Notes under the pieces: generated by a model | What the model saw: only the letters and a program-made list of their open reading frames with translations | What the model was told of the DNA's origin: nothing | Databases searched by the model: none | Part shown: one piece after another, positions 10,327 through 19,592 of the stretch | How the letters are laid out: every line of letters starts with the position of its first letter | Position numbering within the stretch: the stretch's first letter is position 1 | Program-made: the position numbers and the translations under genes | DNA from: Nitrosopumilaceae archaeon | GTDB taxonomy: Archaea > Thermoproteota > Nitrososphaeria > Nitrososphaerales > Nitrosopumilaceae | Length of the DNA stretch: 64,000 nucleotides | Reading direction: 5' to 3' | NCBI GenBank assembly: GCA_965203465.1 | Contig: CBDBCR010000001.1 | Location: 768,001 to 832,000 of the forward strand

Positions 10327-13300
10327 GACCTAGATCTGCCGGTGCGCCGGACCAGCCGGCCGTCCTCGGCGCGCCGGGCCAGCGTCTTTCGAAGCGAGGC
10401 CAGGTTCCACGCGACGGCCCGGCGGCGCGCGCGGCTGGCCCCGAAGTCGCCGCGCCGCAGATCCCGAATCAGCATGCCGGCCGTCTCGGCCGCGTACGAA
10501 AAAAACAGCGGCGCCATGTACCGCGCGTCGAAGTTTTTCAGCGCGAACCTGAGCCGGCTCCTCTCCATATAGTGCAGCTTTTGGTCGGCGCCCACCGACG
10601 GCGAGACCTTGTGCCAGGCCTCGGCCTCGGGCACGTACAGCAAGCCGTAGCCTGCGCGTATCATCCGGGCGCACCAGTCCGTCTCGTCAAAGTACAGAAA
10701 ATACCCCGGGTCCATCGCCCCGACCCGGTCTATGGCCTCCTTGCGGACCAGCATGGCCGCCCCGCTCAGATAATCCACCAGGGCGCGCGGCTCGTCGCCG
10801 TAAAAGTTGAGCGGCTTTGACGAGAACGGCGCCACCTTGGGCCACGTGCAGAATACGGATTTCCGGTCCGGCCCCCCCTCGCCCAGGTAGAATATTTTGC
10901 CCGAAGCTGCGGCCAGCGAGGCGTCCCCCTCCAGCTCCTCCAGGAGCGTCTCGGTCCAGCGCGGCGAGGCCAGCGCGTCGGGGTTCAACAAGGCCACGTA
11001 CCTGCCCCGGGCCCGACGCATGCCTATATTGTTGGCCTCGGCGAAGCCGGCGTTGCCGTGGTTGCAGACGAGCTGCACGTCCGGGAACTTTTCGCGCACG
11101 ATGCGCGCCGTCTCGTCAGAGGACGCGTTGTCCACCACGACGGTCTCTGTGTTGGGGTGCGACTGGCCCTCTATGGACCTCAGGCACGCCTCGATGTACC
11201 GCGCAGAGTTCCAGGTCACGACGATAAAGGAGACGAGCGGCTCGGGCCGCGCGGGCCGGACCCTGCCCGTCTCCGCGAGGCCCTCCAGGCTTTTGCGCAG
11301 CTCTGCGAACCTGTCGTCCCACGTGTTGCGCCCCGCGAACTCTTTTCTCTTTTCGGCCGCGCCCGGATCTTCGGACACGGCCTCGTCCAGCTTTGCCGCA
11401 AAGTCCTCCTTCGACGAGGCAAGGTAGCACAGCTCCGACATGGGGCGCAGCTCGGGCATGTCGGTGGCCACGACCGGCTTGCCGGCCGCCAGGTACTCGT
11501 ATATCTTGACGGGGTGGGTGGCCCGTATGAGCTCGGTGTCCTTGAACGGTATGATGCACGCGTCGAAGCAGTGCAGGTAGGCGGGCAGCTCGGCGTACGG
11601 CTTTTCGCCGGGCAGCTCCACGTTGGGCAGATCCAGCGCCGAGACGTCGGCGCCGAACGAGTGGCCTATCAGGACGAACGTGTACCCGGGCCGCCGCTCG
11701 GCCAGATACCGGACGAGATCCGCGTCGAACCAGTCCGAGATGGCCCCGAAATACCCCACCACCGGGCGCGCGCGCCCCGACAGGGGCGCCTCGGCCGGCG
11801 CGGCCCCAAAGTGCCCCGGGTCGCCCGCGTTGGGCAGCATCAGGGCGTTGCCGCGCCGCGAGCACTTTTCGTACAGCGCCCCAGATGTGGCCAGCACCAG
11901 GTCGGCCTCTTTTGCCAGCTTGCGCTCCTCGCCTGCCCGGGCCGAAGAGACGTTGGAAAACTGCGCAAAGTCGTCGAGCACGTCGAATACCACGGGGCAG
12001 CCCAGTCTTTCCTTGAGGCGGCTTGCAAGCGGCTGCCAGGCCGGAAACGAGACGAACAGTATAGGATCCAGGTCCAGGCGGGCCGCGGCTGCCAAAAACG
12101 CCGATTCCAGCCTGTCCAGATCCTTTCCGGAGATCCTGTCGGCGTATATGCCGAGGGGCGCGCAGTCCAGCTCCAGGCCGTAGATGCCCCCTTCCAGCTC
12201 CGAGGCGCGGCAGAACCGGTTCACGGGGCCCAGCTTTGGCCGCACCACGAAGACCCGGTGGCCGTCGGCCGCAAAGCGCCTCATGAGATGGTTGGTGCGC
12301 TGTATCCTAAAGCCCCACTCGGTTATGGGCATGCACACGACGTCCTTTTTGGCGGTCGGCTCCGGGCCGGCAAACCCCGGCGCCGCGCCGGGGGCCTGGG
12401 GGGCGGCCCGCCTCGCCAAGCGGTACAGCGGCAGGACTTTGCCCAGCGTGGAATCGTACCTGCGCAAAAGCCGGAACGTCAGGCTCTGCTGCATGGCGCG
12501 CAGCTCCCCGGACTGCTCGTCGTAGGCCCGGCGCAGCTCTGCGTTCTTTGCTTCCAGCTCGGCGCGCTCTCTGTGGGCGCGGGCGCCCAACGCCAGCGCG
12601 TCCTGCGCGCTGCCCGAGGCTGCCAGGGACAGCGCCCAGTGCCAGGGACCCCCGTACTCTGGCCTCGAGCCCCCGTCCGAGAAGGTCGGCAGCACCACGT
12701 ACTGCACGCCCGCGGCACGCAGGCGCGCGGCAGCCTCGCCAAGCAGCCGGGCCCGCGGGTAGAACAGTTTTTCCGCGCCGGGGCACGATATGCGGTCGGG
12801 GTCCGCGCCGTGCTCCATGTGGGCAGACAGGTAGTCCCCGAACTGCCCGCCAGCCCTTTCGTACAGGCACAGGACCAGCAGGAATTCGGAAGGCAATACG
12901 TGCGCCCATCTGCCGGCCCCGGCCAGGGCCGAGGCGCACTCCATGAATTTTCCGGGCGACCAGTCCCGGACGAAGACTGCCTGGCCGAACAGGGTGCCCG
13001 ACGCGCCGCCGGGGTACTCTATTACGGAGGCTATCTTTTTTCTCAGCTCCTCTATGATTCCGAGGTGCACGCCCAGCGAGTCGGCCCAGAGGCCCAGCAG
13101 CCTGGAGCGACGAGCGCCATCTTCCAGCCCGAACCAGTCTTTGCGCAGGTTCCGCACGTCTTTTTCGAACTCCGGGGCGAGCTCGGCGCCGCAGGCGCGC
13201 AGTATCCTGAGCGTGTAGGTGGTAGAGTACAGGTGCGAGAGCGCGGAGCGCGCCTCCATCTTTCCGGAGGCAAACGAGTCCGGATACCTGCCCATGACCC

Positions 13301-14987
13301 CCAAGAGGGCGTACGTCTCGACGGCCGTGAACAGGTGCGACTTCCAGTCCGGCTCTGATCCCATGCCCGAGACCGGCCAGATCTGTCCTATGCGGTCCAG
13401 CATCTCTTCGGGGACCATGAACGGCCTGTGCGCGCAGAGGTACTTTTCGGAGCTGTTTAGCATCCTGTCCCAGGCCGCGTCGTCGAGCGGGGGCAGGCGC
13501 GTCTTGCCCCTCACCGATATCACCAGATCCAAATCAGATATGCCCGGCGCCGAGACGCTCCCCTGCGAGAGCACGGAGACGTTGCCGTGCGCCTCCAGTT
13601 TTGCTGATACGGACTTTTTGACGGCCTCGTAGTCTTGCCTGGATTTGGGGACCGGCTCGTCTGTCCACTCGAAGGCCGACTGCACGTGGGGCATGTCCGG
13701 GCTCCGGGAGACCAGCCTTGCCGCAAAGCGCGCGGCGAGCTCGCGCAGCTGGCCCGCCAGAGGCCCGAGCTCCGATGCGAGCTCGGGCGGCGGGGGCGCG
13801 TCGAGCGCGCGGCGCTTGTACGAAAGGAGCCAGTCCTTGCCGCCCGGCGGCGGGGCGGCGCCGTACGCGTTGCGGGTTCTGATGCGGCTGCACCGCCCCA
13901 GGGCGGGCAGCTTTTCGCCCCCGAACATCTTTGATACCGCGGCAAAAGAGTCGCGCTTGTACGTGTACTTGCCCTCGGACATGAGAAGCAAGGAGGGCAG
14001 CAGTATGGCCATCTGGACGCGGCGCTTTGCCGAATGCACCGACTCTTTTTCAAAGCCGCCGGCGCCGAGCATGCCGTGGAGGATCTGGTGCATTATGGTC
14101 AGCTCGTCGAATTTGGAGTCGCGCACGCAAAACTCCAGATCGCCGCCCGATACGGTCTTTGAGAATTTGAGCAGCTCGAGCGGGAAAAAGTGCTGCGGGT
14201 AAAACCGCGCGTCCTGGGCAGACGCCAGCATGAGTCCGTGGTGCTGGAACGGGTCCACCCGGAAAAAGTGCTCCCAGGATTCCAGCAGGACCTCCCTCAA
14301 CTCCAGGATCTTTTCGGCCGAAGAGCACACTTCGGCCTTTAGCACGGCGAACGCGTCCAGGTCCGAGCAGCCCTCCACGTAGTCTCTGGTGGCGAGGCTG
14401 CCGTGCAATACCAGCAGGTCGAACGCGGACGGGGCCTTTTCCTGGAGGTGCGCAAAAAGAGAGGCCGCGTGCCTGCCGGGCCCGTCTCCGTCCGGCTCCC
14501 ACGCGGGGGGAGCCGCGGCCTTTTCGGGCCTGCCCCGCCCCTCTGTCATGGACGGCAGTACGGAGTAGAACCTAGCTACGGCGCCGGCGACCTCTTTTAC
14601 GTCGGCCCCGCCGCGCAAAGACGAGACGTCCTCCAAGACTTTGGACAGCGCAGGGTTTTCCGGCACCAGTTTTTCGAGGTAGAACTCGAGCATCGAGCAG
14701 TCCAGCTCGGCCGCGTCGAACCTGCCGGGATGGTCCCCCATGGCCCCGTTGAGGCCGTAGTCGTAGCCGTTTACTATGGATTCGAGCCAGTACCGGAACC
14801 TGTTCTGGACCTGCCCGAGGGCAGTCTCTTCGGGATCAAAGCCGTACGCCCTCATCACGTCGCCGTACTCTGCGCCCGTCCTTTCCAGGTGGGCCGGCAG
14901 GTTGAGGAACGGCGAGGCCTCCATTATGCGGCGCGACATGTCGGGGTTGCGCTTTAGCAGGTGGTAGAATACGTCGGATCTGTCCAT
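10287..14987 (-). CDS. 1566-aa fusion: two pol-beta-type nucleotidyltransferase-like domains, a GT4-like and a GT2 glycosyltransferase
   Basis: HGSLAT..SDLDAF and QGSVSAPGISDLDLV (GS..DxD); GYFGAISDWFD..PVKIYEYLAAGKPVV (GT-B); IVVTWNS..VVDNASSD..LLNPDA..YFDETDWC (GT2). Confidence 0.85.
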   Translation of the reverse strand: MDRSDVFYHLLKRNPDMSRRIMEASPFLNLPAHLERTGAEYGDVMRAYGFDPEETALGQVQNRFRYWLESIVNGYDYGLNGAMGDHPGRFDAAELDCSMLEFYLEKLVPENPALSKVLEDVSSLRGGADVKEVAGAVARFYSVLPSMTEGRGRPEKAAAPPAWEPDGDGPGRHAASLFAHLQEKAPSAFDLLVLHGSLATRDYVEGCSDLDAFAVLKAEVCSSAEKILELREVLLESWEHFFRVDPFQHHGLMLASAQDARFYPQHFFPLELLKFSKTVSGGDLEFCVRDSKFDELTIMHQILHGMLGAGGFEKESVHSAKRRVQMAILLPSLLLMSEGKYTYKRDSFAAVSKMFGGEKLPALGRCSRIRTRNAYGAAPPPGGKDWLLSYKRRALDAPPPPELASELGPLAGQLRELAARFAARLVSRSPDMPHVQSAFEWTDEPVPKSRQDYEAVKKSVSAKLEAHGNVSVLSQGSVSAPGISDLDLVISVRGKTRLPPLDDAAWDRMLNSSEKYLCAHRPFMVPEEMLDRIGQIWPVSGMGSEPDWKSHLFTAVETYALLGVMGRYPDSFASGKMEARSALSHLYSTTYTLRILRACGAELAPEFEKDVRNLRKDWFGLEDGARRSRLLGLWADSLGVHLGIIEELRKKIASVIEYPGGASGTLFGQAVFVRDWSPGKFMECASALAGAGRWAHVLPSEFLLVLCLYERAGGQFGDYLSAHMEHGADPDRISCPGAEKLFYPRARLLGEAAARLRAAGVQYVVLPTFSDGGSRPEYGGPWHWALSLAASGSAQDALALGARAHRERAELEAKNAELRRAYDEQSGELRAMQQSLTFRLLRRYDSTLGKVLPLYRLARRAAPQAPGAAPGFAGPEPTAKKDVVCMPITEWGFRIQRTNHLMRRFAADGHRVFVVRPKLGPVNRFCRASELEGGIYGLELDCAPLGIYADRISGKDLDRLESAFLAAAARLDLDPILFVSFPAWQPLASRLKERLGCPVVFDVLDDFAQFSNVSSARAGEERKLAKEADLVLATSGALYEKCSRRGNALMLPNAGDPGHFGAAPAEAPLSGRARPVVGYFGAISDWFDADLVRYLAERRPGYTFVLIGHSFGADVSALDLPNVELPGEKPYAELPAYLHCFDACIIPFKDTELIRATHPVKIYEYLAAGKPVVATDMPELRPMSELCYLASSKEDFAAKLDEAVSEDPGAAEKRKEFAGRNTWDDRFAELRKSLEGLAETGRVRPARPEPLVSFIVVTWNSARYIEACLRSIEGQSHPNTETVVVDNASSDETARIVREKFPDVQLVCNHGNAGFAEANNIGMRRARGRYVALLNPDALASPRWTETLLEELEGDASLAAASGKIFYLGEGGPDRKSVFCTWPKVAPFSSKPLNFYGDEPRALVDYLSGAAMLVRKEAIDRVGAMDPGYFLYFDETDWCARMIRAGYGLLYVPEAEAWHKVSPSVGADQKLHYMERSRLRFALKNFDARYMAPLFFSYAAETAGMLIRDLRRGDFGASRARRRAVAWNLASLRKTLARRAEDGRLVRRTGRSRSYNGSLPLRGVSP

Positions 14988-15273
14988 TCAGCCCGCCGCC
15001 CGGATCCCGCATGGGGTGCTTTGTGAAAAGTGCGCCGGCTCCATGTGACAGGACGGGGCGGCGGGCGCGCCAAGCGATATAGACGTTGCGAGGGGGCCGC
15101 AGTCAACAAAGGCGCCGCGTTCGGATCCGAAAATCGATCGCCCGAGCTCTCGGATTTCGCCAGAGGTGCATTTAATCCGAGTCTGGCATGTCCGCCGAAT
15201 CGCGCGCGGCCGGGCGCGGGCGACTTTGGTCAAAGGCCGGCGCAAGGCCGGCAGACGCCGATTACACGCGCCC

Positions 15274-16161
15274 CTAAAAGGTGTCCAGCCGAGTCTGGGT
15301 CTCGTATTTGAATATTAAATCTTCGCACATCTTTTTTAGGCTCTGCAGGGTGGGCGTGCGGTGCTCTGTGGTTTCAAGTTTTGACACCTGGCTCTGCAGA
15401 TCTGGGTTTTGGAGCAGCAGTGACTTTAGTGTTTTGCCGATCCTGGCGGCAAGTTCTCTGCGGTGATTGGCAGAGATCCGATCGGCGTGCTTGTGTGTGA
15501 TCTTGAGTATTTTTTCAAGGGTGTCGGGATCGTCCATCTTGAACTGCCTGTCCGGCGAACTAAAGACGTGTGTAATCAGCCCGCGCAAGACGTACGGGAT
15601 CACCACGTAGTCTTTATCCTCGTGAGAAAACGGATAGAGATACGTGGGTTCGCGGGTGCCCTCGAGCGGTATCTTGTCAAGGCCACCGTCGAGATCGTCG
15701 CGGCCGAGGCTCCCGTCCACCGTGATGCAGTCCCGGCCGAACGTAATGAACGGAAACGAGGTGCCGCGCTTCAAACTGTCGTGGTTTTCCGACTTGTCCA
15801 CGTAGCACACGGTGTGCCCGAATCTGTTCCGGTCATGGATTGTGACGTGGTGCAGTAAATCTTCCGGTGTGAGTTGCCCGTACCTGCCATCCTGCTTTGG
15901 GTCGATGCTGTTTCCTCCCTTGCATTCGGCCACGATGGCGTGAACCGTCCTGTTGGATACGGAAACTACGTCCGGCACTGCCTTTTGCGCAGACTGCAGG
16001 CTGACCGACTGTTCTATCAGTTGTACTTTATACCCCAATTTTGCGAGGACGTTGGGCCAATGTTTCGTGTCCACGCAGAGTCCCATAAACATGTTTACCA
16101 GCCGGGTATGCGTTCCCGCGACCAAGTCAGGCCACCTGTGCGCACCTGTCTTTTGCGTCAT
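15274..16161 (-). CDS. Putative PD-(D/E)xK restriction-endonuclease-fold protein
   Basis: VPDVVSVS...IVAECKGG...Q..Y motif; overlaps the stop of the upstream gene, suggesting an operon. Confidence 0.6.
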   Translation of the reverse strand: MTQKTGAHRWPDLVAGTHTRLVNMFMGLCVDTKHWPNVLAKLGYKVQLIEQSVSLQSAQKAVPDVVSVSNRTVHAIVAECKGGNSIDPKQDGRYGQLTPEDLLHHVTIHDRNRFGHTVCYVDKSENHDSLKRGTSFPFITFGRDCITVDGSLGRDDLDGGLDKIPLEGTREPTYLYPFSHEDKDYVVIPYVLRGLITHVFSSPDRQFKMDDPDTLEKILKITHKHADRISANHRRELAARIGKTLKSLLLQNPDLQSQVSKLETTEHRTPTLQSLKKMCEDLIFKYETQTRLDTF

Positions 16162-17109
16162 GGTGCATCTGGAGGTTGGTGAGCAGCCTCAGTATGGTGT
16201 TCCCGCAGTTGCCCTTGTCTAGGTATACGCGCATCATGTCGTCGGCTATCTCAAAATCCAATGGGCTGCCGGTGTGCAGATCGATCGCCATGACACCAAA
16301 GTAGCCGTCGGCGATCGATGTTTTTATCCCCCACAGGTTGAACGGCGCCGTCGAACTGAACATCCTCGAAATAAACGCGTCTATGTTCTCTATGCCGTTG
16401 GGGAATTCAAAGTCGAACGGCCTTCCGTCAAACAAATCCAGCCCGTCCACGCGCCGGGTTCCCATGCGCAAGCTCTCGACGCTTTTTACCGACTCTGAAT
16501 AGCGTTTGCGGCACATCTCTATCAAGGCCAGGTGGTCATCTACCGACTTGCCGCGTTTTAGCGCAAAATGCCCGTTGTGGTGAACTTCGTCCTGCGCGTA
16601 GCCGTGCGCGGAAGATGCGGCGCCCCGCATTATCCGCACCATGCTGTTCGCGCACGTCCTGCTTATCTGCGGATCTTTCAGGACCAGCGTTTTCATCTTG
16701 GCCGCTATGGAGCCGCTGATGGTCAGCTTCAGATCTTCGATGTTTGCATCGTCGTCTTCGTCTGATCTCAGGTAGCTATCCGAATATGACACGCCAAAGC
16801 CGTGGAAACTGTTGCCCGGCATTCCCACGATGCTCTCCAGCATATCTGAATGAAGCCACGCATAGTCGAACGCGTGGCGCGTGTCGCGCGTGAGTTTTGC
16901 CATGATCCTGGCCGTATCGTCCGATTTTTCGTTCGTGTGCAGGACGAAGAACCTGGGATCGGTCTTGTCCAGGAAGAACTCGTACGATTTATCCTCCCAC
17001 ACGTTCAGGATTTTTAGGTGGTCCAGCCCGGTGTCCCTTATTTTGCACTGCATGCCGGACGCCTTGAATTCGCTTTCGAGTTCCTTGTCGGACTCCAGTA
17101 TGTACGATT

Positions 17110-18705
17110 GTAACTGTTCACGTCGTTTAGGCCCGTTTACGCGTACGGCAGCAGCTCCTTCACGTAGTCCAGGCCCTGGTTCTTCCAGGTGGCGATGCAC
17201 GTGAAGATGTTGCCGTAGATCTCCATGCTCTCCTCCGCCCTGAGGCTGCCGCGGATCTTGCGGTGGATGACTATCTCGCGCAGGCCGCGCTCGGCCGCGT
17301 TGTTGGTCGGCTGTATGCGCGGGTCCAGCACGAACGCGAACAGGTCGTCGGCCGCGCCTTCCAGCTTGCCGAGGAACGGCCGCGAGACCGAGCTGCCCCA
17401 GTTGTCGTCTATGATGCGCCGCACGCAGCCCAGCAGCGCCGCGCGGACGCGGCCGCGCCTGGCCTTGCTCATGCGCTTTCCGGACGCGCCGCGCGCGGTC
17501 TCGAAGACGCCGCGCAGCCTCTCGAGTATGTCGCGCGCGGCCGCGCTGTCGGGGTGCGCCCGGAGCAGGTACCTGGCCTCGCGCAGGATGTGCGCCCAGC
17601 AGCGCTGGCGCCTCCACCCGTTGTACGACCTCCACCCGTCGCAGACGATCACTCCCCTGAATCCGGGCAGCACGTCGCGCAGCACGTCGCGCCCCCTGCT
17701 CGGGCGCACCACGAACAGCGAGTTGCCCGTCAGGGGGTCGAGGAAGATCCACACCCAGACGAGCTCGCCGTTGAGTTTGAACGACGTCTCGTCGATGTGC
17801 AGCACGCCGGCGCGCTGCATGGCCAGGATCATGGCCTCGACGAACGGCTTCATGTTGCGCCCCGTCCTGGCCAGCACGTTGCTTACCGTGCCTACGGAGA
17901 CCGCCAGGCCGTCGCGGCCCATCCTGCGGGCGTTCATCCTGTGCGTCAGGCGGTCGTCGAAGTTGCTCACGACGCGCCCGCACGCGTTGCGGCCCAGCTC
18001 GCCGGCGCTCGGCAGGCCGGCGTCGGGCTCCATGCCCTTTTGGCCGCACCGACAGCATTCGTAGACGTTTATCGTGTGGCGCGTGGTGACCGGCTCCGCG
18101 GGGGGAGGAGACTCCGTGACGTTGCGGGTCTTTTGCCCGGTGTTCTTTATGCTGTCGGACCCGCAGTTGGGGCACTCGCTCATCGTGTGCTCCTCGAACT
18201 CGGTGGGCTCGGGCTTGCTGGTCTTGCCCGGGTGTCCCTTTTGCGCGCCCTGCTTCCTGCCGGACTTGGGCCTGTCCCTGTTCTTTTTGGCGGCGATCAT
18301 TTTCTGGGTGTACGTCATCTTGGACGACGGAGTGTGCGCGTTGTCGTGGATCTTGTTGATCTTTTCCAGCTCCTTCACCCTGCGGGCGAGCCGCGCCGAC
18401 CTGTCGTCGGCCTTCAGCCTGGCCGCTCTTTGGTCTTCCAGCTCCTGCTTGGTCAACGCCAGCTCCGCCTCGGCGCGCAGCTTGTCGCGCTCGGCCCGGT
18501 CGGCCCTGTCCGTCTCGACGTTCAGCCGCATCTTGACCTGCTGCAGCTCGGTCCTTGCCCCCTTGAACTTGTGCTTCCACTCGGCGCACTTGCGGGTCGC
18601 TTCCCTGCAATCCAACGGCTGGCGTAAAACGTACTAGTATTTAGATCGCTGCTGTCAAAAAAATTCACCAAGGGGTGAAAATTCAGGCACGACGTGAACA
18701 GTTAC
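17110..18705 (-). mobile_element. IS66-family element, single ORF (ISBst12-group-like), 1596 bp
   Basis: Perfect 17-bp terminal inverted repeats GTAACTGTTCACGTCGT; 8-bp target-site duplication GTACGATT at 17102-17109 and 18706-18713. Confidence 0.95.
17137..18615 (-). CDS. IS66 family transposase
   Basis: Coiled coil, NAHTPSS, GAQKGHPG, CPNC Zn finger, LHIDET, VCDGW..QRCWAHILR, PTNNAAERGLR. Confidence 0.95.
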   Translation of the reverse strand: MDCREATRKCAEWKHKFKGARTELQQVKMRLNVETDRADRAERDKLRAEAELALTKQELEDQRAARLKADDRSARLARRVKELEKINKIHDNAHTPSSKMTYTQKMIAAKKNRDRPKSGRKQGAQKGHPGKTSKPEPTEFEEHTMSECPNCGSDSIKNTGQKTRNVTESPPPAEPVTTRHTINVYECCRCGQKGMEPDAGLPSAGELGRNACGRVVSNFDDRLTHRMNARRMGRDGLAVSVGTVSNVLARTGRNMKPFVEAMILAMQRAGVLHIDETSFKLNGELVWVWIFLDPLTGNSLFVVRPSRGRDVLRDVLPGFRGVIVCDGWRSYNGWRRQRCWAHILREARYLLRAHPDSAAARDILERLRGVFETARGASGKRMSKARRGRVRAALLGCVRRIIDDNWGSSVSRPFLGKLEGAADDLFAFVLDPRIQPTNNAAERGLREIVIHRKIRGSLRAEESMEIYGNIFTCIATWKNQGLDYVKELLPYA

Positions 18706-18897
18706 GTACGATTTTAGCTCGCGCAGGCGGCCGGACGATGCGTTTTCTGGGTCGGATCTAGGGGGCAGAATCATGTCCTCCAGCACATCCATGAACCCTT
18801 GCTGCGTCTTGACCTGTGGCAGACGCTCACCCTTCTCTGCCAACGGCCGAAGCCCGGATTCGGTGTGTAAAAGTGTTTATTGGTCGGCCGGCCCGAC

Positions 18898-19020
18898 GTA
18901 TCCGCCCGCCCCCTATGTCCTGCGCCTGAGACGGGCTGACGCCTGCCCACAGCGCGGCCGGGTAGGCGCTGGAGCCGGCCGTTGTCCCGCCCCGTCTTGG
19001 GGCTCTACCGCGGCGGCAGG
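18898..19020. mobile_element. Degenerate relic of the end of the IS66 element found at 42737
   Basis: GTATCCGCCCGCCCCCTATGTCCTGCGCCTGAGACGGGCTGACG aligns to GTATGCACTCACCCCCTCCGTCCGACGCCTGAGACGGACTGACG (42737 onward); similarity continues to GGAGCCGGCCGT...CGGCAGG. Confidence 0.7.
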
Positions 19021-19158
19021 TTGCGCGACGGCACCCGCGTGCCCGACGGCGCCTTCATCAGCGTGAAGATGCGCGCGCTGGACGCGTCGCCAGATCCACG
19101 GCGGTATTACTCACTGCTTGAATCGCTGGAGGACGTGATAACGGTGCGCATCATTTAG
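19016..19158 (+). pseudogene. C-terminal fragment of the 41227..41997 gene
   Basis: RLRDGTRVPDGAFISVKMRALDASPDPRRYYSLLESLEDVITVRII* matches the end of the 41227 ORF. Confidence 0.85.
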
Positions 19159-19523
19159 AGGCGGCCAGCACCCGTTTCCACTTCTCCGCGGCCGCCTTTT
19201 GGGCCAGTGCCCACGAGTACTCTTCAATCTCTTTGTTCTTGACGCGGCAGGCCGCGAGCTTTTCCTCGTCGGTCATGTACTCACAGGCGTGCTGCCAAGT
19301 GATCCTGAGGACCTCGTCCGAAGCCTCCGTTCTGAGCTCGTCCGGTATGGTCGGGCCGCTAAGCGGAATAGAGGCGAATATCAAGTGTGCCTTTCGCTCC
19401 GCGACTTTTTTCCAGGCCTCAAAGTATTCGGCGGATCTGGCTTTCCTGTCGCTCACCTCCCACGGGGTGTTGATGGCGCTCTCTACAGTGTTGGCAAACT
19501 CGGGGGGGCTCGGCCTTCTGCAT
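19151..19523 (-). pseudogene. Paralog of 41897..42361 with a +1 frameshift in a G7 run (could still be translated from the downstream GTG at 19456)
   Basis: G7 at 19502-19508 versus the 6-nt GGGTGG in copy 2; otherwise MQKAEPPEFANT...SDRKARSAEYFEAWKK... is conserved. Confidence 0.75.
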
Positions 19524-19592
19524 GGCTTACCCCTAGATTTGAGAGTATAAATCTCAAACGCTGTTCACTAGACACGGGCCTTTCCCGGCCGC

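Larger units (their letters stand above)
16127..18843 (-). pseudogene. Uncharacterised gene of about 370 aa interrupted by IS66 (N-terminal part 18706-18843, C-terminal part 16127-17109)
   Basis: Removing 17110-18705 and one TSD copy restores the frame ...GRLRELKSYILESDKELESEF... (1113 nt). Confidence 0.85.

Noticed and set aside
11058-13358. Long antisense ORFs (also 8136-9944, 31538-33529, 54196-55947, 58291-60321)
   Set aside because: Shadow or alternate frames of real genes in high-GC DNA; Arg/Pro/Gly-rich or mirror composition with no motifs.
16127-18610. 827-aa ORF
   Set aside because: Chimera of an alternative frame of the IS66 and the C-terminus of the interrupted gene.
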